From Lama guanicoe (taxonomy: Eukaryota), in the NCBI GenBank assembly GCA_013239625.1, contig MU054338.1, positions 2,668,977 to 2,732,976 on the forward strand: a stretch of 64,000 nt of DNA, written 5' to 3'. A model generated the notes under the pieces. The model was not told the DNA's origin. It made no database searches and was given only the letters and a program-made list of their open reading frames with translations. How positions within the stretch are numbered: the stretch's first letter is position 1; the number at the start of each line of letters is the position of its first letter. Shown here one piece after another: positions 28,700 through 41,349 of this stretch. The position numbers and the translations under genes are program-made.

Positions 28700-30017
28700 A
28701 TCACAGTAATGAATAACAGCGTTACAGTTTAAAAACAAGTAAATCGTCAAGTAAGAATAAATATTTAAAGGAAGAAGTTATTTCCATTTTAAAGATATGG
28801 CTCAAATCCAGTAAAAATGACCCGTGTTTGAATTTAAAAAAACGTTTTGTAAATTGAAATATAGTCAGTTTACAATGTGTCAATTTCTGGTGTACAGCAT
28901 AATGTTTCAGTCATACATATTCATACATATGTTCCTTTTCATATTCTTTTCCATTATAGATTACTACAAGATACTGAGTGCAGTTTACAGAAGAAGTTTA
29001 CAGAAGAAACTTGTTCATCTATTTTGAATTAAAATATGAGCTTACCAAAATATAATTTGCAATTGGTACACTGTTTAAACTTTTAAACAGAAATAGAACA
29101 TCCAAGTGGTCAGATGTGGTCAGATAGAAGAAAATAAGGGGGAGAAGTGAATTAACTCAAATTCCGTTGCTCCGCTTTTGAAATCACTGGCCGGCCTATC
29201 ATTGTTTATTTCGAACCTACTGTTTAAACTCAAGATCATGTAACATCACAAGGGTTGGAAATGGGAAATGTGTCCAAAGAGAACTCAGAAGGTTTAGAAT
29301 CGTTAAGAACTAACTGTCAAAATGAATGTGTATATCTGAGTCTGTGTGTGTCGGGGCCAAACACATCGTTGACGGAATTCTCCAGGTCCACTTCCATGTA
29401 CGATACAATGTTTATTAAAGGGTAAATAATAAAAACGTGCTAATTCAAAACTTCCAGTGGTTAAATGTCAACAGTAACCATGGCAATTGTTCAGACCAAG
29501 AGTGGACAGACCATGGCTTGCCAGCCGAATCCATCCCCGTGTCTATTTTTGTAGGCGCTAAGGAGGTTGGTTTGTTTGTTTTTTAAACTGGGGGAAAAAT
29601 CCAAAGGAGAATAATATTTCACATGTGCAAAGGATAGAGGATTCACATTTCAGTGTCCGTAAACAGAGCTTTCCTGGCTCTGGGCCACATTCATTGACAA
29701 ATTTTCTGTGGCAGCTTTCTTGCTGGGATCACAGCTGAGTAGTTACCATCTGGCCCACAGAGCTGAATATATTCACTACCTGGCCCTTTATGGAAAAACT
29801 CTACTGACCAATAACAGATTAGGCCAATAAAATATTTCTTAGGGGGAGATTATTTTGACACTGACATTGTTCAGAATTTGTCTTGACACAGTGATAATAA
29901 AAAAGCAAATAATACAATTAGATTTATCATTTTTTGAATTCTCTACAGACAGTGGGCCCCTTTTTCACAGCGCCTGGGGTGGACTGCTCCGCTCGCCCCC
30001 GCTGTGGTATGCCACTG
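28700..30017. mobile_element. Fragmented ancient hAT (Tip100-type) DNA transposon with L1 and MER58 insertions
   Basis: AT-rich body ending in GGTATGCCACTG (reverse complement of a CAGTGGC-type TIR). The family assignment is uncertain. Confidence 0.4.
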
Positions 30018-30978
30018 CCTACATATTAGAGCTCACTGGACCTTTACTATTATCTGCATTTTGGAGAGGAAGAAGTAGAGGCACAGAAAGGCCAAGTAAC
30101 TTGTCCGAAGTCACACAGCTTGTGAGAGGAAGGGCTGGAATTGAATCTACAGAGCCATAAGCATGATATCCCCGCTGTCCTGGGTAACATGGCAAGGCCC
30201 CGCTGACAGACACGAGCACTGCAAACGGGGGGGTGGGGCGGCTCTAACTTGGTATCTGCCTGGAATTTCAACAACATTGCTTATGTGCTGCACAACCTTG
30301 GGCGAGAGCATCCCCTTCCCAAGCCTCAGTTTACTCATCTGCAAAGTAGATATAACAAGGCTCTCACCTCACTGGATGTTTTGGAGGATAGAATTTATTT
30401 CTGCACTTACTGCAGTGCCTGGCATGGGGAGTGATCAGTAAATTTTAGCTGTGATTTTGATTGGATTGGGTGCTTAGACCCGGAAGCTGGGCTTAGGAGG
30501 AGTGGCCCTGTTTTTCTTGGAGAAGGGAAGTCCAAGAGAGTGGGGAGTTGAGCAGATTCAATGCACAAAGTGAGTTCTCCGTGCAGGTTTGCATGCAAAT
30601 TGCATGCACAAAATAAACTTAATGAAAAGTAAGAAATGATTTCCTTTTCAATCCTCTTTTAAACCGTCTGATTATGTCAAGAAGCACTCAAATTGGATGC
30701 TGCTGTGCTTTTAACACCTATTTGCTGATTTCTTCTTCACAGTCACCTAATCAGGACCCTCCACCAGCAGCAGTAGCTACTTAGAATTTAATGACATTGT
30801 TTATTTTCTTTCACATCTGTTTTAGGCACCTGATACTTTTTTTACATTTACCCTGGCGTTACAGTGTTTCCTTTTAAGATACATTTGTTGAAGAAAGTAA
30901 GTTCTGTATGATCTTCAGCATTAATAGGTATGTCACTTATTTTTCTTCAACAAATTTATTTTAGAAAGACACCTGGTC

Positions 30979-31110
30979 GGGGAGGGTAGCTCAGTGGTAG
31001 AGCACGTGCTTAGCATCCACGAGGTCCTGGGCTGAATCCCCAGGACCTCCATTAAAAAAAAATTAAAAGAGTAAACCTAATCACCTCTCCCCCACCAAAC
31101 AAAAAGGGAC
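30979..31110 (+). mobile_element. tRNA-derived SINE
   Basis: GGGGAGGGTAGCTCAGTGGTAGAG...AAACCTAATCACCTCTCCCC. Confidence 0.8.
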
Positions 31111-32249
31111 ACTTAGTAACACGATAGTAAATTAGACCAGTATCAGATGCCCAGATTAGAAGGTAATTATAAAAACAAATGTAACATAAAAATAACTTAT
31201 TAAATTCTGTTGAAGGTTGTTGTTGATCTTTTAAGGATTGTCTAACCTGGAGATTCCACTGGTGATCCAAGAGTTCTGCGGTGTTCTGCCTGCACCAAGA
31301 AGGAAATTCTGGGCTTAAACACATTCCTAGTGAGAAGAATCAGGGTGTGGGGCTTCGCTCACTCTTTCTCAGCGCGGCCAGTGTCACTCATGTGGGGATG
31401 GAGTTGCTCCCCACCTGGTGGGCTTTTCCATTATGTACGTAGACAACGTGGTCCACAACTCCAACCAGACTCTGCTCCTGGTCAGAGTTTCCCTGGGATT
31501 AAACATTAACCCCAGTGTTTGACCTGGTAGGGGCTTCATCTTATGTAACCGTTAGATGAATCGTCACACTTTACAGATGGAGAAACAGAGTCTCAGAAGG
31601 GAGAAGTGACTTTGTGATGTCACAGTCAGGCTGACTGTAAGACTTTGGTCTCTTGGCACCCAGTCCAGACAGCAGCTGTGCGCAAAATGGGGAAGTTATG
31701 ACTTGACTGGAGATGAGGCTGACATCCCAATTTGTCTGCTAGCAGGTGTATTAATCTTGAGATCTGAGGTGCACACTGAGTTGTAAGGTTCACTCCACAA
31801 ACATATTTGGAGCCACTTCAGTGGTGGGTGGAGCATTCCTGGGGCCGGGGTATATCAGTGACCAGAATACACAGGTCCCCGCTCCCTGGTGTAAACAGAC
31901 ATCATAGATAAATAGGTTCCCCCAAAGGTGTTACATTGGGTGTGACTAGGGCGGGGGTGACTCTGGCTGGGTGGTCAGGGCGGCTTCTTGGGAGGCATCT
32001 GTTGGGCTGAGACTGCCAAGCTTGGGTTTCATCACAGCTCTGAGAGGCATTAGGGGATGAGTTGTGTCCCCAGCCCCAAGTTCATGCTGGAGCCATAACT
32101 CCTGGAGCTTCAGAATGTGATTGGATTGGGAAATGGGGTCTTCATTAAGGTGACCAATTAGGGTAGCCCTAGTCCATCAGACTGGTGTCCCTATAAAAAC
32201 TCGGACACAGAGATACAGGAAGAAGATGGTATTAAAAGGCAAAGATAGC

Positions 32250-32785
32250 AAGCTGAATGTCCATTGACAGATGACTGGATAAAGAAGATGTGGGGTGTGT
32301 GTGTATGTGTGTGTGCACGTGCACGCAGTGGAATACTACTCAGCCATAAAAAAGAATGAAATAATGCCATTTACAGCAACATGGGTGGACCTGGAGATTG
32401 TCATTCTAAGTGAAGTAACCCAGAAAGAGAAAGAAAAATATCGTATGATATCACTTATATGTGAAATCTAAAAAGAGAGAGAGAGAAATGAACTTATTTA
32501 TAAAACAGAAACAGACTGAGACATAGAAAATAAACATAGTTACCAGGAGGGAAGGAGAGGGATGGAGAGATAAATTGGGAGTTCCAGATTTGCAGATACA
32601 CACTACCGCATATAAAATAAACAAGGCCCTCCTGTAGAGCACAGGGAACCATATTCAATATCTTGTAATGGCCTATAATGGAAAAGACTGAAAAGGAATA
32701 TATGTCTGTATAACTGAATCACCATGCTGTACACCAGAAATTGATGCAACATTGTAAACCAACTATAGTTCAATTTTTTTTTTTA
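32250..32785 (+). mobile_element. Lineage-specific L1 3' end inserted into an MLT1 LTR (MLT1 halves about 32050-32230 and 32800-32945)
   Basis: GGAATACTACTCAGCCATAAAAAAGAATGAAATAATGCC...; the flanks carry MLT1 motifs (CAGAATGTGA, GAGAGGCCTCAGAAGGAACC). Confidence 0.7.
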
Positions 32786-35700
32786 AAGGGGGAAAAAGCA
32801 AGGAGAGAGGCCTCAGAAGGAACCGCCCTGCTGACCCCTGATCTCAGGTTTCCAGCCTCCTGCACTGGGAGGGAATCCATTTCTGGTGTTTCAGGCCCCC
32901 AGGCTGTGGGACTTTGTTTCAGCAGCCACGGCAAACAAATTCAGAAGGTGAGGGACAGAGGGTCAGGACAATTCAGGATCTGGAGACCTGGACACACCTC
33001 CCGCACCTCTACCCTTGGGGCTCCTTCCCAGAATCCCCCCGGGTGGGGCCTGCAGAGGCACCCCTCCCCCGAACAGCCTCCTCCCCACCAGGGCAAGGAA
33101 GCTGGGGTGACCCCATCTGCAGTCAGGGAGGCCTCCTCCTCCTGGGGAGAGGGTCAGCCGTGACCCTTGGATCCACCAGCCATAAAACAATCACTGGGAT
33201 GAGGTGAGGTGGTGGCTGGACATGGAGGGGGGATGGGCCAGAGGGGTGTGGGTCCTGAGATCAGTGAGGGGGGCTGGCAAGGTTTGTTGGCCTTGGCTCA
33301 GGGCCCTCAGGGGGCACTGCCCCAGAGGCCACCTGTTCTCCTGAAGCCGGGGGACCACCTTCCTTGGGTCGGCTGGCTAAGGGCAAGCCCCAGACACCAA
33401 CTTGGAGAACCCAATCTCCAGTACTTCCATTAAAAATAAAGAAAGAAATAAACCTAATTACCTCCCCTGCCCGGTCAAAAAAGAAACTGAAGGAATGACT
33501 TCTCAGACATAAGGTCCTTCGTGCTTTCGGAAGGGCAGAAGGTGCCCACCCCGGCCAAAGTCTCCTGCTGTGTGGGACTCAGACAAGCCCCTGGCCTGCC
33601 CCTTCCACACCCATGTCACAAGGGTTTTACTCACTGCCTGGCCTGGCTGTACCCGAGGGAGGGTCCCGGGGAAGGAGGAGGAGGAGGGGGTGGAAGGAGA
33701 AGAGGGGGAGAAGGAGGAGGGGGACGAGGGAGAGGAGCGGGCAGAACTGCTTCTCCCCCACCTAAAGGGAAGTGTAGAGCCGCCCCTCTGGTAAGCAGTC
33801 AAGGCAGAGGAGCAGTGACGTGGGGATCAGAGGCAAGTCCCCATCTGGAGCAGGGGACATGGGCGTTGTCTTGACGGTGGCAACTCATGGAATGGCCTGG
33901 TGAGTCATAAACACTTATTGGTCCCTCTGTCCTCCTGTGCAGAACGGGGACTGTCGTTATGACCAGACTTGTGCTGAGGCCAAAGGGCTGAGGTAGCCGG
34001 AAAGTGACAGCAGACGTCTGGCCTCCCGGATCCTGGGGACTGGAGCCTGACGCGTTTCTTACAGACACATACACTGGTAATAATAGTAACACGCATAAAG
34101 GCAACCAGACTGGGGACCTGATGTGTGACTGTCCCTTCTGAGCACTCCACATGTTTTAATGGATCGAACCCCCCCCCAACGACTCAGTGAAGCAGGCTCT
34201 TTATCCCCTATTTTTCAGATAAAGAAACTGAGGCAGGAGGAGCAAAGTTATTTGCCCACAGTCACGCAGCCACAAGGGGCAGAGGCAGGATTTGAACCCA
34301 GATGCTGGTCTGCACCAGCTCCATTCCATAGAAATATCGTGTCTCACTTTAAAGTTTCTAGTAGCTACACTGAAAAAGTACAAAGTAAAATGAAGTTTCC
34401 TCTTCATAATACATTTTTGTTAACCTCCATGATTGCATTAGTGAATCCAAGCTGTTACCATTTCAGCAAGCAATCAGGACCGCAGTTTGAATGTGCTGTT
34501 TCACGTTTTCCACGCTAAGTCCTGGGTTGGGTGTCCATTGTGTACTCCACATGCACAGCACATCTCAACGTGGACACTCACTTTTCATCAGAGATCCTCC
34601 ATCTGTATTTGCAGAGCTCAGAAAATTTACAGCAAAAATGTAGATTCACATACCCGACTTGTTCCATACATACTCAAAAGTTGTCCGTTAACTGACCTGA
34701 GTATCAATTTTCATTTTTATTTATTAAAAAATGTATTGAAATATAGGTGATTTACAATATTGTGTTAGTTTCCAGTGTCCGACAAAATGTGTCCGATTCA
34801 GTTATACACACATGTATCTATTCTCTTTCAGACTATTTTCGATTATGGGCTATTACAAGACAGTGAAGAGTACCAATTTAAAAAATTTAAATTAATAAAA
34901 GTGAAGGACCTGCTGTAGAGCACAGGGAACTATGTTCAATTTCTCATAATAACATATAATGGAAAATAATCAGAAAAGAAAAAATATATTTGTATGTATA
35001 TGTGTAACTAAATCAGTTTGCTGTACGCCTGAAACTAACATTGTAAATCAACCACACTGCAATAAAAGTGTTTTAAAAAATTAATAGAAGTGAAATAAAA
35101 GTTAAAATGCAGTTCCTCTGTCACAGAACCTGTGGGTTACAGGGAATGTTCTCTGAAAACGGCCAGGTGGTAAATATTTTCAGCTCTGTGGGCCTTGGGT
35201 CTCTACCACGTCTACTCACCTCCACCGCCATTGTGGCCTGAAAGCAGCTGTAAACAATACACAAATGTGTTGATGGCTGTGTGCCAATAAAGCTTTATTT
35301 ATACAAGCAAGCAGGGGGCTGGCATTTGCCCATGGGCTATAGTTTGTCAAGAGTGCACTAAACTCCATGTTCTGTTCCTTCTGCAAGTATCGACTGGGCA
35401 GCTGCTGTGTTCCAAGCACAGTTCCAGGCACTGAGGTCACTGCACTCGGTAGGTCTTGTCCTGATGGTCTTCCCTGTTTTGCAGATGAATCCTACCTGCA
35501 GACTGTCTAGCTCCCCATGCCACACCCCTTCCTCTCCCTGACTAGTTATGCCCCTGGACCAATGTTGATGTAGAAAAGTAGCAAAAGACATCTTGGTTGA
35601 GTGAAATAAGTAATGAATATTGCTATCCCCCAGCATGTGTCCCTCTGCCTGAGCTAAAATCTGGTACAGTATGCAATCTCCAGTCACTAAAGATTCGAGA

Positions 35701-37010
35701 AGCAGTTCTTATGTGCCCTTAACTAAATGCTGGGATTTTATGGATGGGAAACTTGTATGTTTAAGCATATGAGACTGAAAATCATAATTTCAAGGTGTTT
35801 TACATAGAACCCAGTGGCTTTTGGACAGCTTACCACTCAGTACACCTGGAACCCACAGAGGGAAGAATTTTCCCTGGGCAAGACGTTAAGAGTTGATATG
35901 TATCTGGGCTGCAGTTCCTTCAGGTTCCACAGGAAAATGTAAATAGTCCCAAGAAAAGTGAGATACTCACCCATGTCAGTCATTCACATTTTAGCTAGAT
36001 CTAGTTATATCTAAGTGTCATCCGAGAAGGGAGATTTTTGCCCTGGGAGAAAAGCTAAAAACTAATCTTTGAGTTACAATGTCACAAGGAAATGTAAATG
36101 CTCTCCAGGAAAGGACTATATGTGCCTGCTATCAGTCATTCACACTTTAGTTGGAATTAGCTCAAAGTGCTTTGAGCACATTTTCCCTTTGTCCTGTCAG
36201 AAACCACCTGAGGTAACTTTAGAGATGGAAAAGAAGAGGGATCAGTGAGAAAAGCAGGGATACAGTGAACTGCCTCCTGGCAGGACTTGGCTAGCAATTA
36301 TGGAAATGGTAGCGTTCACATTAGAACAAAGCAAAATAATGGAAGGGACGCATCACCTTATTTAGGGAGTGTTACAGGGGAGGCATCTAGTCTCAGTGGG
36401 AATGCTGGAATGTGAGGACCCAGGTGGATCCATTTACTTTTGTAGGAGAGGGAACTCCTAAACACTAACTTTAATACAAGGTGAGCTTGTATTAGAAAAC
36501 TTGGGAACCTATAAAGAAGGTATGCTTTGCATTTTATGTGTATTGTTTTATTCTTTTTTTTTAAGTTAAATTTCTTTGTTTGGAATGTGTGCAACAGGCA
36601 CATGGCTCAAAATTCCAAAAGTGTAAATAACTGTGCAGGAAAAAGCCTTCGTCCTCCTCAAGGCCAGCTCCCGGCTCCCCAACCCCAAAATATTCTAGGA
36701 ATACACAAGAAATGAATACATACATTCATTTTTCCTTTTGTCACACACAGACAGTATCCTGTGTTTTGCACCTTCAGTTTTTTACTTAAATGGTGCACTT
36801 TCAACGTAGAAGTTATTGTCTTCAAGGGGAGTGAACACTAATTCTTAGGAGGTGAACAGATCTAACCCTTTTAATGTATAAAGCACAGATATACATACAG
36901 TACGCAAGCATATATGTAGTATATACTTGATATTGCAATTCTCCGGGAGAGCAGTTAGAAAAAATGTCTTCAAAGGCTCCTTGTGGGAGGTAAGCATTAA
37001 CAAAAGTTGA

Positions 37011-37165
37011 GGGGGAGGGTACAGCTCAGTGGTAGAGCGCTTGCTAGCATGCACAAGGTCCTGGGTTCAATCCCCAGTACCGCCATTAAAACAAACAAAC
37101 ACACAAACAAACAAACAAACAAATCTAATTACCCCTCCCGAAAATAAAAATAAATTTTAAAAAAA
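37011..37165 (+). mobile_element. tRNA-derived SINE with an (AAAC)n middle and a probable TSD (AAGTTGAG)
   Basis: Full SINE body; AAGTTGAG on both sides (about 37004 and 37173). Confidence 0.8.
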
Positions 37166-39189
37166 TTTTAAGAAGTTGAGAAACACTGATATAACTATAT
37201 ATTTTCAATATTATCCCATTTCAGTACATAAAGAATAATCCTCATTCATTTCACAGCTACATAATATTCCATCGTGATAATGAATCAGACTTTATTAATC
37301 AGTCTCCTGTTGAGGGGTATTTTGGTTATTTCTAATGTTTTAGTAAATGTATTACATACTTGGTTGTTCATTATATATTTTGTGTGCTTTTTATTGAGGC
37401 AGAATTAATTTTTTACAATAGTGCACAGGTCCTAGGTATGTTCAATTTGATGAGTTTTGATGATTCTGTACAATCATGTAACCACGATTAAAAATAAGAT
37501 ATAGACTATTTTCACCACCCTAGAAACTTCCTTCATGTTCCTGTTCACTTAATTCCCCACTCTATTCCAGGCAACCACTTTCTATCACCAAGAATTACTT
37601 TCTGTATGACTGAAATATTATGCTGTACTCCAGAAACTGACACAACATTTTAAACTGATCATACGTCAATAAAAATTTTTTTAAAGAGTTACTTTCACTT
37701 CTTCCTTGGGTTTTATATAAATGGAATCATACACCATGTATTCTTTTATGTCAGAATTCTTTTGTCACAATGCGTTTGCGATTCATCCGCGTTGTGGTAT
37801 GTATTAGCAGCTTGCTCCTTTTTATGGCTGTTGTTGAATATTGGAATTGTTTCCAGTTCTGGGCAATTATGAATAAGACTGCTATGAACATTTGTACAAT
37901 TCTTTTTGTGAACATATGGTAAGTACATGTTTATAAGAGGTTGCCCAATTTTCCAAAGTTTCCCAAATTGTTTGGGTCATTTTGATTCCCACTAACAATG
38001 GGTGAGCCTTCCATTTGCTTTATATCTTCCACCAACATCTGATATTGTCTTTTTTATTGTAGTCATTCTAGTGAACATCTTTATAAGCGTTTTCATATGT
38101 CAGAAATGTTTCAGTATGAATTAAGCAAAAATTCAAAGCAAAACTCACTTACACAATTATGTTTGGGAAATGCTACAAACTCTGTCTCCTCCAAGAGTAT
38201 TACAGAGAAGTGTACATAAAGGCTCTGACAAGTCCTGTAAAGCTGTTTATTAGCACAGTTGGTCCTCAATCTTGTTTGACCATGACATCCTCTCGTGTTG
38301 TGTCTCACACTTAAACACATTGGTGGCATCTATTGTGGGAATTTTACTTTAGATTCCAACTAAGCATTGCTTCGAGGCATGTGGTTGTGTCCAGGAAATT
38401 AGATCATATGACGTCAAGGGCATCAAAAAGTCCTCTTGTCCCTCAAATGCTTGTCCTTATCCTACCTTTTCTGATATCTCTTTACTGGGGGCATTTAAAA
38501 GCCTTCTAAAGTTCATAATTATAAAATTACAAAAAAACAAATATCCTGCAGGGGGAACTATGGGGTCTAAATCTACACGAAGGTGTAAATGAGCAATGCC
38601 AGGTCCTTTCCTCTGGCAGATTTTGGGAAGAGGAGGAAGAAGAGTGCTATGTCAAGGGCACTGGGGCTCTTGAGAGTCATTAATGGGGGTGAGAAAGAGG
38701 CAATGACAAGTCCAGATGTCAAACTTCACCTACTTTCTACACCAGGAGAGACTGTGCCCCCACAGCAAAGGCTGAATAAATATTGTGACAGGGCTTGCTA
38801 AAGCCAAACCAAACCTCACAAATCCCTTCGAAGTCCAGCACAGAGTTAAAAAGGACATAAGAGAGCTCCAAAGGCCGAGGGTGAGAATGGCACCAGCACC
38901 CAGAGGCGGGCAGGTACCGGAAGGCAGGGTCTCTCGTGCTAGGCACTGTGACACCAGGGCTAGGCATTCTCCTTGGGGGCCCATCCTGGGCCCTGTGGGA
39001 TGTGGGGCAGCATCCCTGGCACCCACTCACTCTGTGCCAGGAGCACCCCCAGTTGCGATAATCACGGATGCCACTGTCAGATAAGAGAACCACATCAGGC
39101 ATGGTACAGAGCAGGTCTTCATTAAATGTTGTTGTATGAATAAATAATTACTGGTCCATGGAGAAACATACACCAGGATGTGAATTTCT

Positions 39190-39450
39190 TTTTTTTTTTA
39201 ATTGAAGTATAGTCAGTTACAATGTGACAGTTACAATGTGTCAATTTCTGGTGTACAGCATCATGTTTCAGTCATACATATGCATACATATCTTCATTTT
39301 CATATACTTCTTCATTATACGTTACTACAGGATATTGAATATAGTTCCCTGTGCTATGCAGAAGAAATATGGTTTTTATCTATTTCATATATCGTAGTTA
39401 ATATTTAGAAATTTCGAACTCCCAATTTATCCCTTCCCACCCCTTCTCCC
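39190..39450 (-). mobile_element. Lineage-specific L1 3' end
   Basis: TTTAATTGAAGTATAGTCAG...GTTCCCTGTGCTATG. Confidence 0.75.
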
Positions 39451-40593
39451 CACCAGGATGTGACTTTCTTGCGAGCAAGGAGCATGTCTGAGTTGCATGT
39501 AAACCTAGCACCTAGCATCATGCCTGGCACACAGAAGACTTGATTTAGTCATGCCTTCACTCAGCTCCCAACAGCTTCCTGTTGTATTGAGTATAAACCA
39601 AACTCCTTCCCACAGACTGCAAGGCCCTGCATGACCAGCCCTCGTCCCCTCCTTTCCTCACCTGCTCCCTCTCTCCCCCTCACTCAGTCTGTTCTAGGTG
39701 CACGGGCCCCCTCACTGTTCATCCAGCATGCCAGGTACTGCCTTGCCCCAGGGCCTTTGCACATGCAGTTTCCTTGACTTGAAACACCTTTCCCGGTGGC
39801 TGACTCCGTCTCATCATTCAGAACTGTACTTAAATGTCACCTTCTAGAAGAAGCCTTTGCCAGCCCTCTATTTGCCCTTTTCTGTGGCTACATTTAGTTT
39901 CTTGGTAGCATTTGCCCATTGACCAGTTTTCTGATGTGTTTATGCATTTATGGTCTAGCTCATCTGCTACCTTATCTGCAGTGCCTAAAATAGTGGTTGG
40001 CACACAAGAGGTGTTCATTGAGTAAGCACATATATATATGTCTGTATCTTACTTCCATTTGTGTGTGTGTGTGATGGGGGGGTATTGGGTTTATTTATTT
40101 ACTTATTTATTCTGATGGGTCAAACCCAGGACCTTGCGCAGCTGGGCGTGTTCTCTGCCACTGAGTTGTTCCCCCTGTGTTGAGTAAGCATTGACTGAGC
40201 ACCTCCTGTGTGCTGAGCATTTCCTAGACACTGGGCACCCAGCAGAGAATAAAAGAGACTCTCTTCTAGCCCCAAGGTGCTTACATGTAGGGGCAGGGGA
40301 GGAATGAGGGAGGAATATAGGCAAGTGAACAAATGAGAGAATTTCAAATAGTGAGGGGATCAGTGAAAACAGTGATGTGATAAAGAAGTACGGGATGGGG
40401 GCCCCTCTCTGTTGGGGGGTCAGAGACAGCCTCTCAGCCATCTGGGCTGGGATCCACAAATATCAAACATTCACAAATATGTGAACAGAGTGACCAGAGT
40501 TGGAGTGGAGGGGATAGGAGTTCCAGGCAGAGAGAACAGCTAGTGCAAAGGCCCTGAGGTGGGAATAAGTTTGGCTCAATAAATATTTATTGA

Positions 40594-40722
40594 AGGGAGG
40601 GTATAGCTCAGGGTTAGAGTGCATGCCTAGCATGCGCAAGGTCCTGGGTTCAATCCCCAGGGTTTCCATTAAAAATATATGGATTAAAAAAAAGCCAACT
40701 AATTACCTCCCCACACCAAAAG
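40594..40722 (+). mobile_element. tRNA-derived SINE with TSD AATAAATATTT(A/G)TTGA
   Basis: Full body; the repeat lies at about 40578-40593 and 40727-40742. Confidence 0.8.
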
Positions 40723-40979
40723 AACTAATAAATATTTGTTGAGAACAAATGAATGACAGAGGATTCTAGAAGGAATTGGTTGCTCTGGTTTGGCCATGGA
40801 GGGCTTGCTAGGGGGTGGGTAGGGGCTCGCCAGCTGCGATGGGCAGGGAAGCTCCTGGCAGAGGGAATGGCTCTGCGGAGGCCTGGGCTGTCTTGGTTTT
40901 GCTCTCTCCTGGGAGTAGACAGGACCCAGCCAGGACCCTGGGCTCTCTTGGAGCTGATGTCCAGGGACTATGACAAGAA

Positions 40980-41320
40980 ACAGTCCCTGAAAGTAGGGGA
41001 GAGGTCATGGCAGAGCGGCAGCACCCCAGACTTTGGCCTTTGCCCTCTGCCGGCAGGAAAAGCACGAAACATCGAGATAACGGTCTTCCCTCCCCTCCCC
41101 CAAGCCTGCCCCGGTGTCACTGGCCCTCAACCCTGTCTGTCTTGCCTGTTCCCCAATCAGCACCCGGGGGTGGTCTGGGAGCTCCTCCTGACTATTTCAG
41201 CATCTTTTGGGGGTGGTGACAGAGCCACAGAGAGGAGCAGGCTGAGCCGGGGAGCCCTGGTGGGGCGAGCCTCCAGCTCGGAGCAGACACAGAAGTGTCT
41301 GGAGACAGAGCTGGTCGGGC
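40980..41320 (+). promoter_or_regulatory. CREB3L3: CREB3L3 proximal promoter and 5'UTR with two DR1 nuclear-receptor elements and a GATA site
   Basis: AAGT-AGGGGA-G-AGGTCA at 40991-41007; TGGCCTTTGCCCT (reverse complement AGGGCA-A-AGGCCA) at 41034-41046; AGATAA at 41075-41080. Not a CpG island, which fits a tissue-specific promoter. Confidence 0.65.
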
Positions 41321-41322
41321 TC

Positions 41323-41349
41323 ATGGATGGGGACTTAGCGGCTGGAAAG
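41323..41349 (+). CDS. CREB3L3: CREB3L3 coding exon 1
   Basis: Encodes MDGDLAAGK, followed by donor AAG|GTGAGC. Confidence 0.9.

Noticed and set aside
37011..37085. tRNA-Ala-like sequence (also the heads of the other SINE copies) as a real tRNA gene
   Set aside because: Each copy has broken stems, continues into the SINE tail and often has a TSD. They are retroposed SINEs.
17500..40900. Hidden protein-coding gene or processed pseudogene in the 24 kb intergenic region
   Set aside because: The ORFs there are short and map to L1, L2, SINE, LTR or DNA-transposon remnants. I could not build any consistent exon chain.
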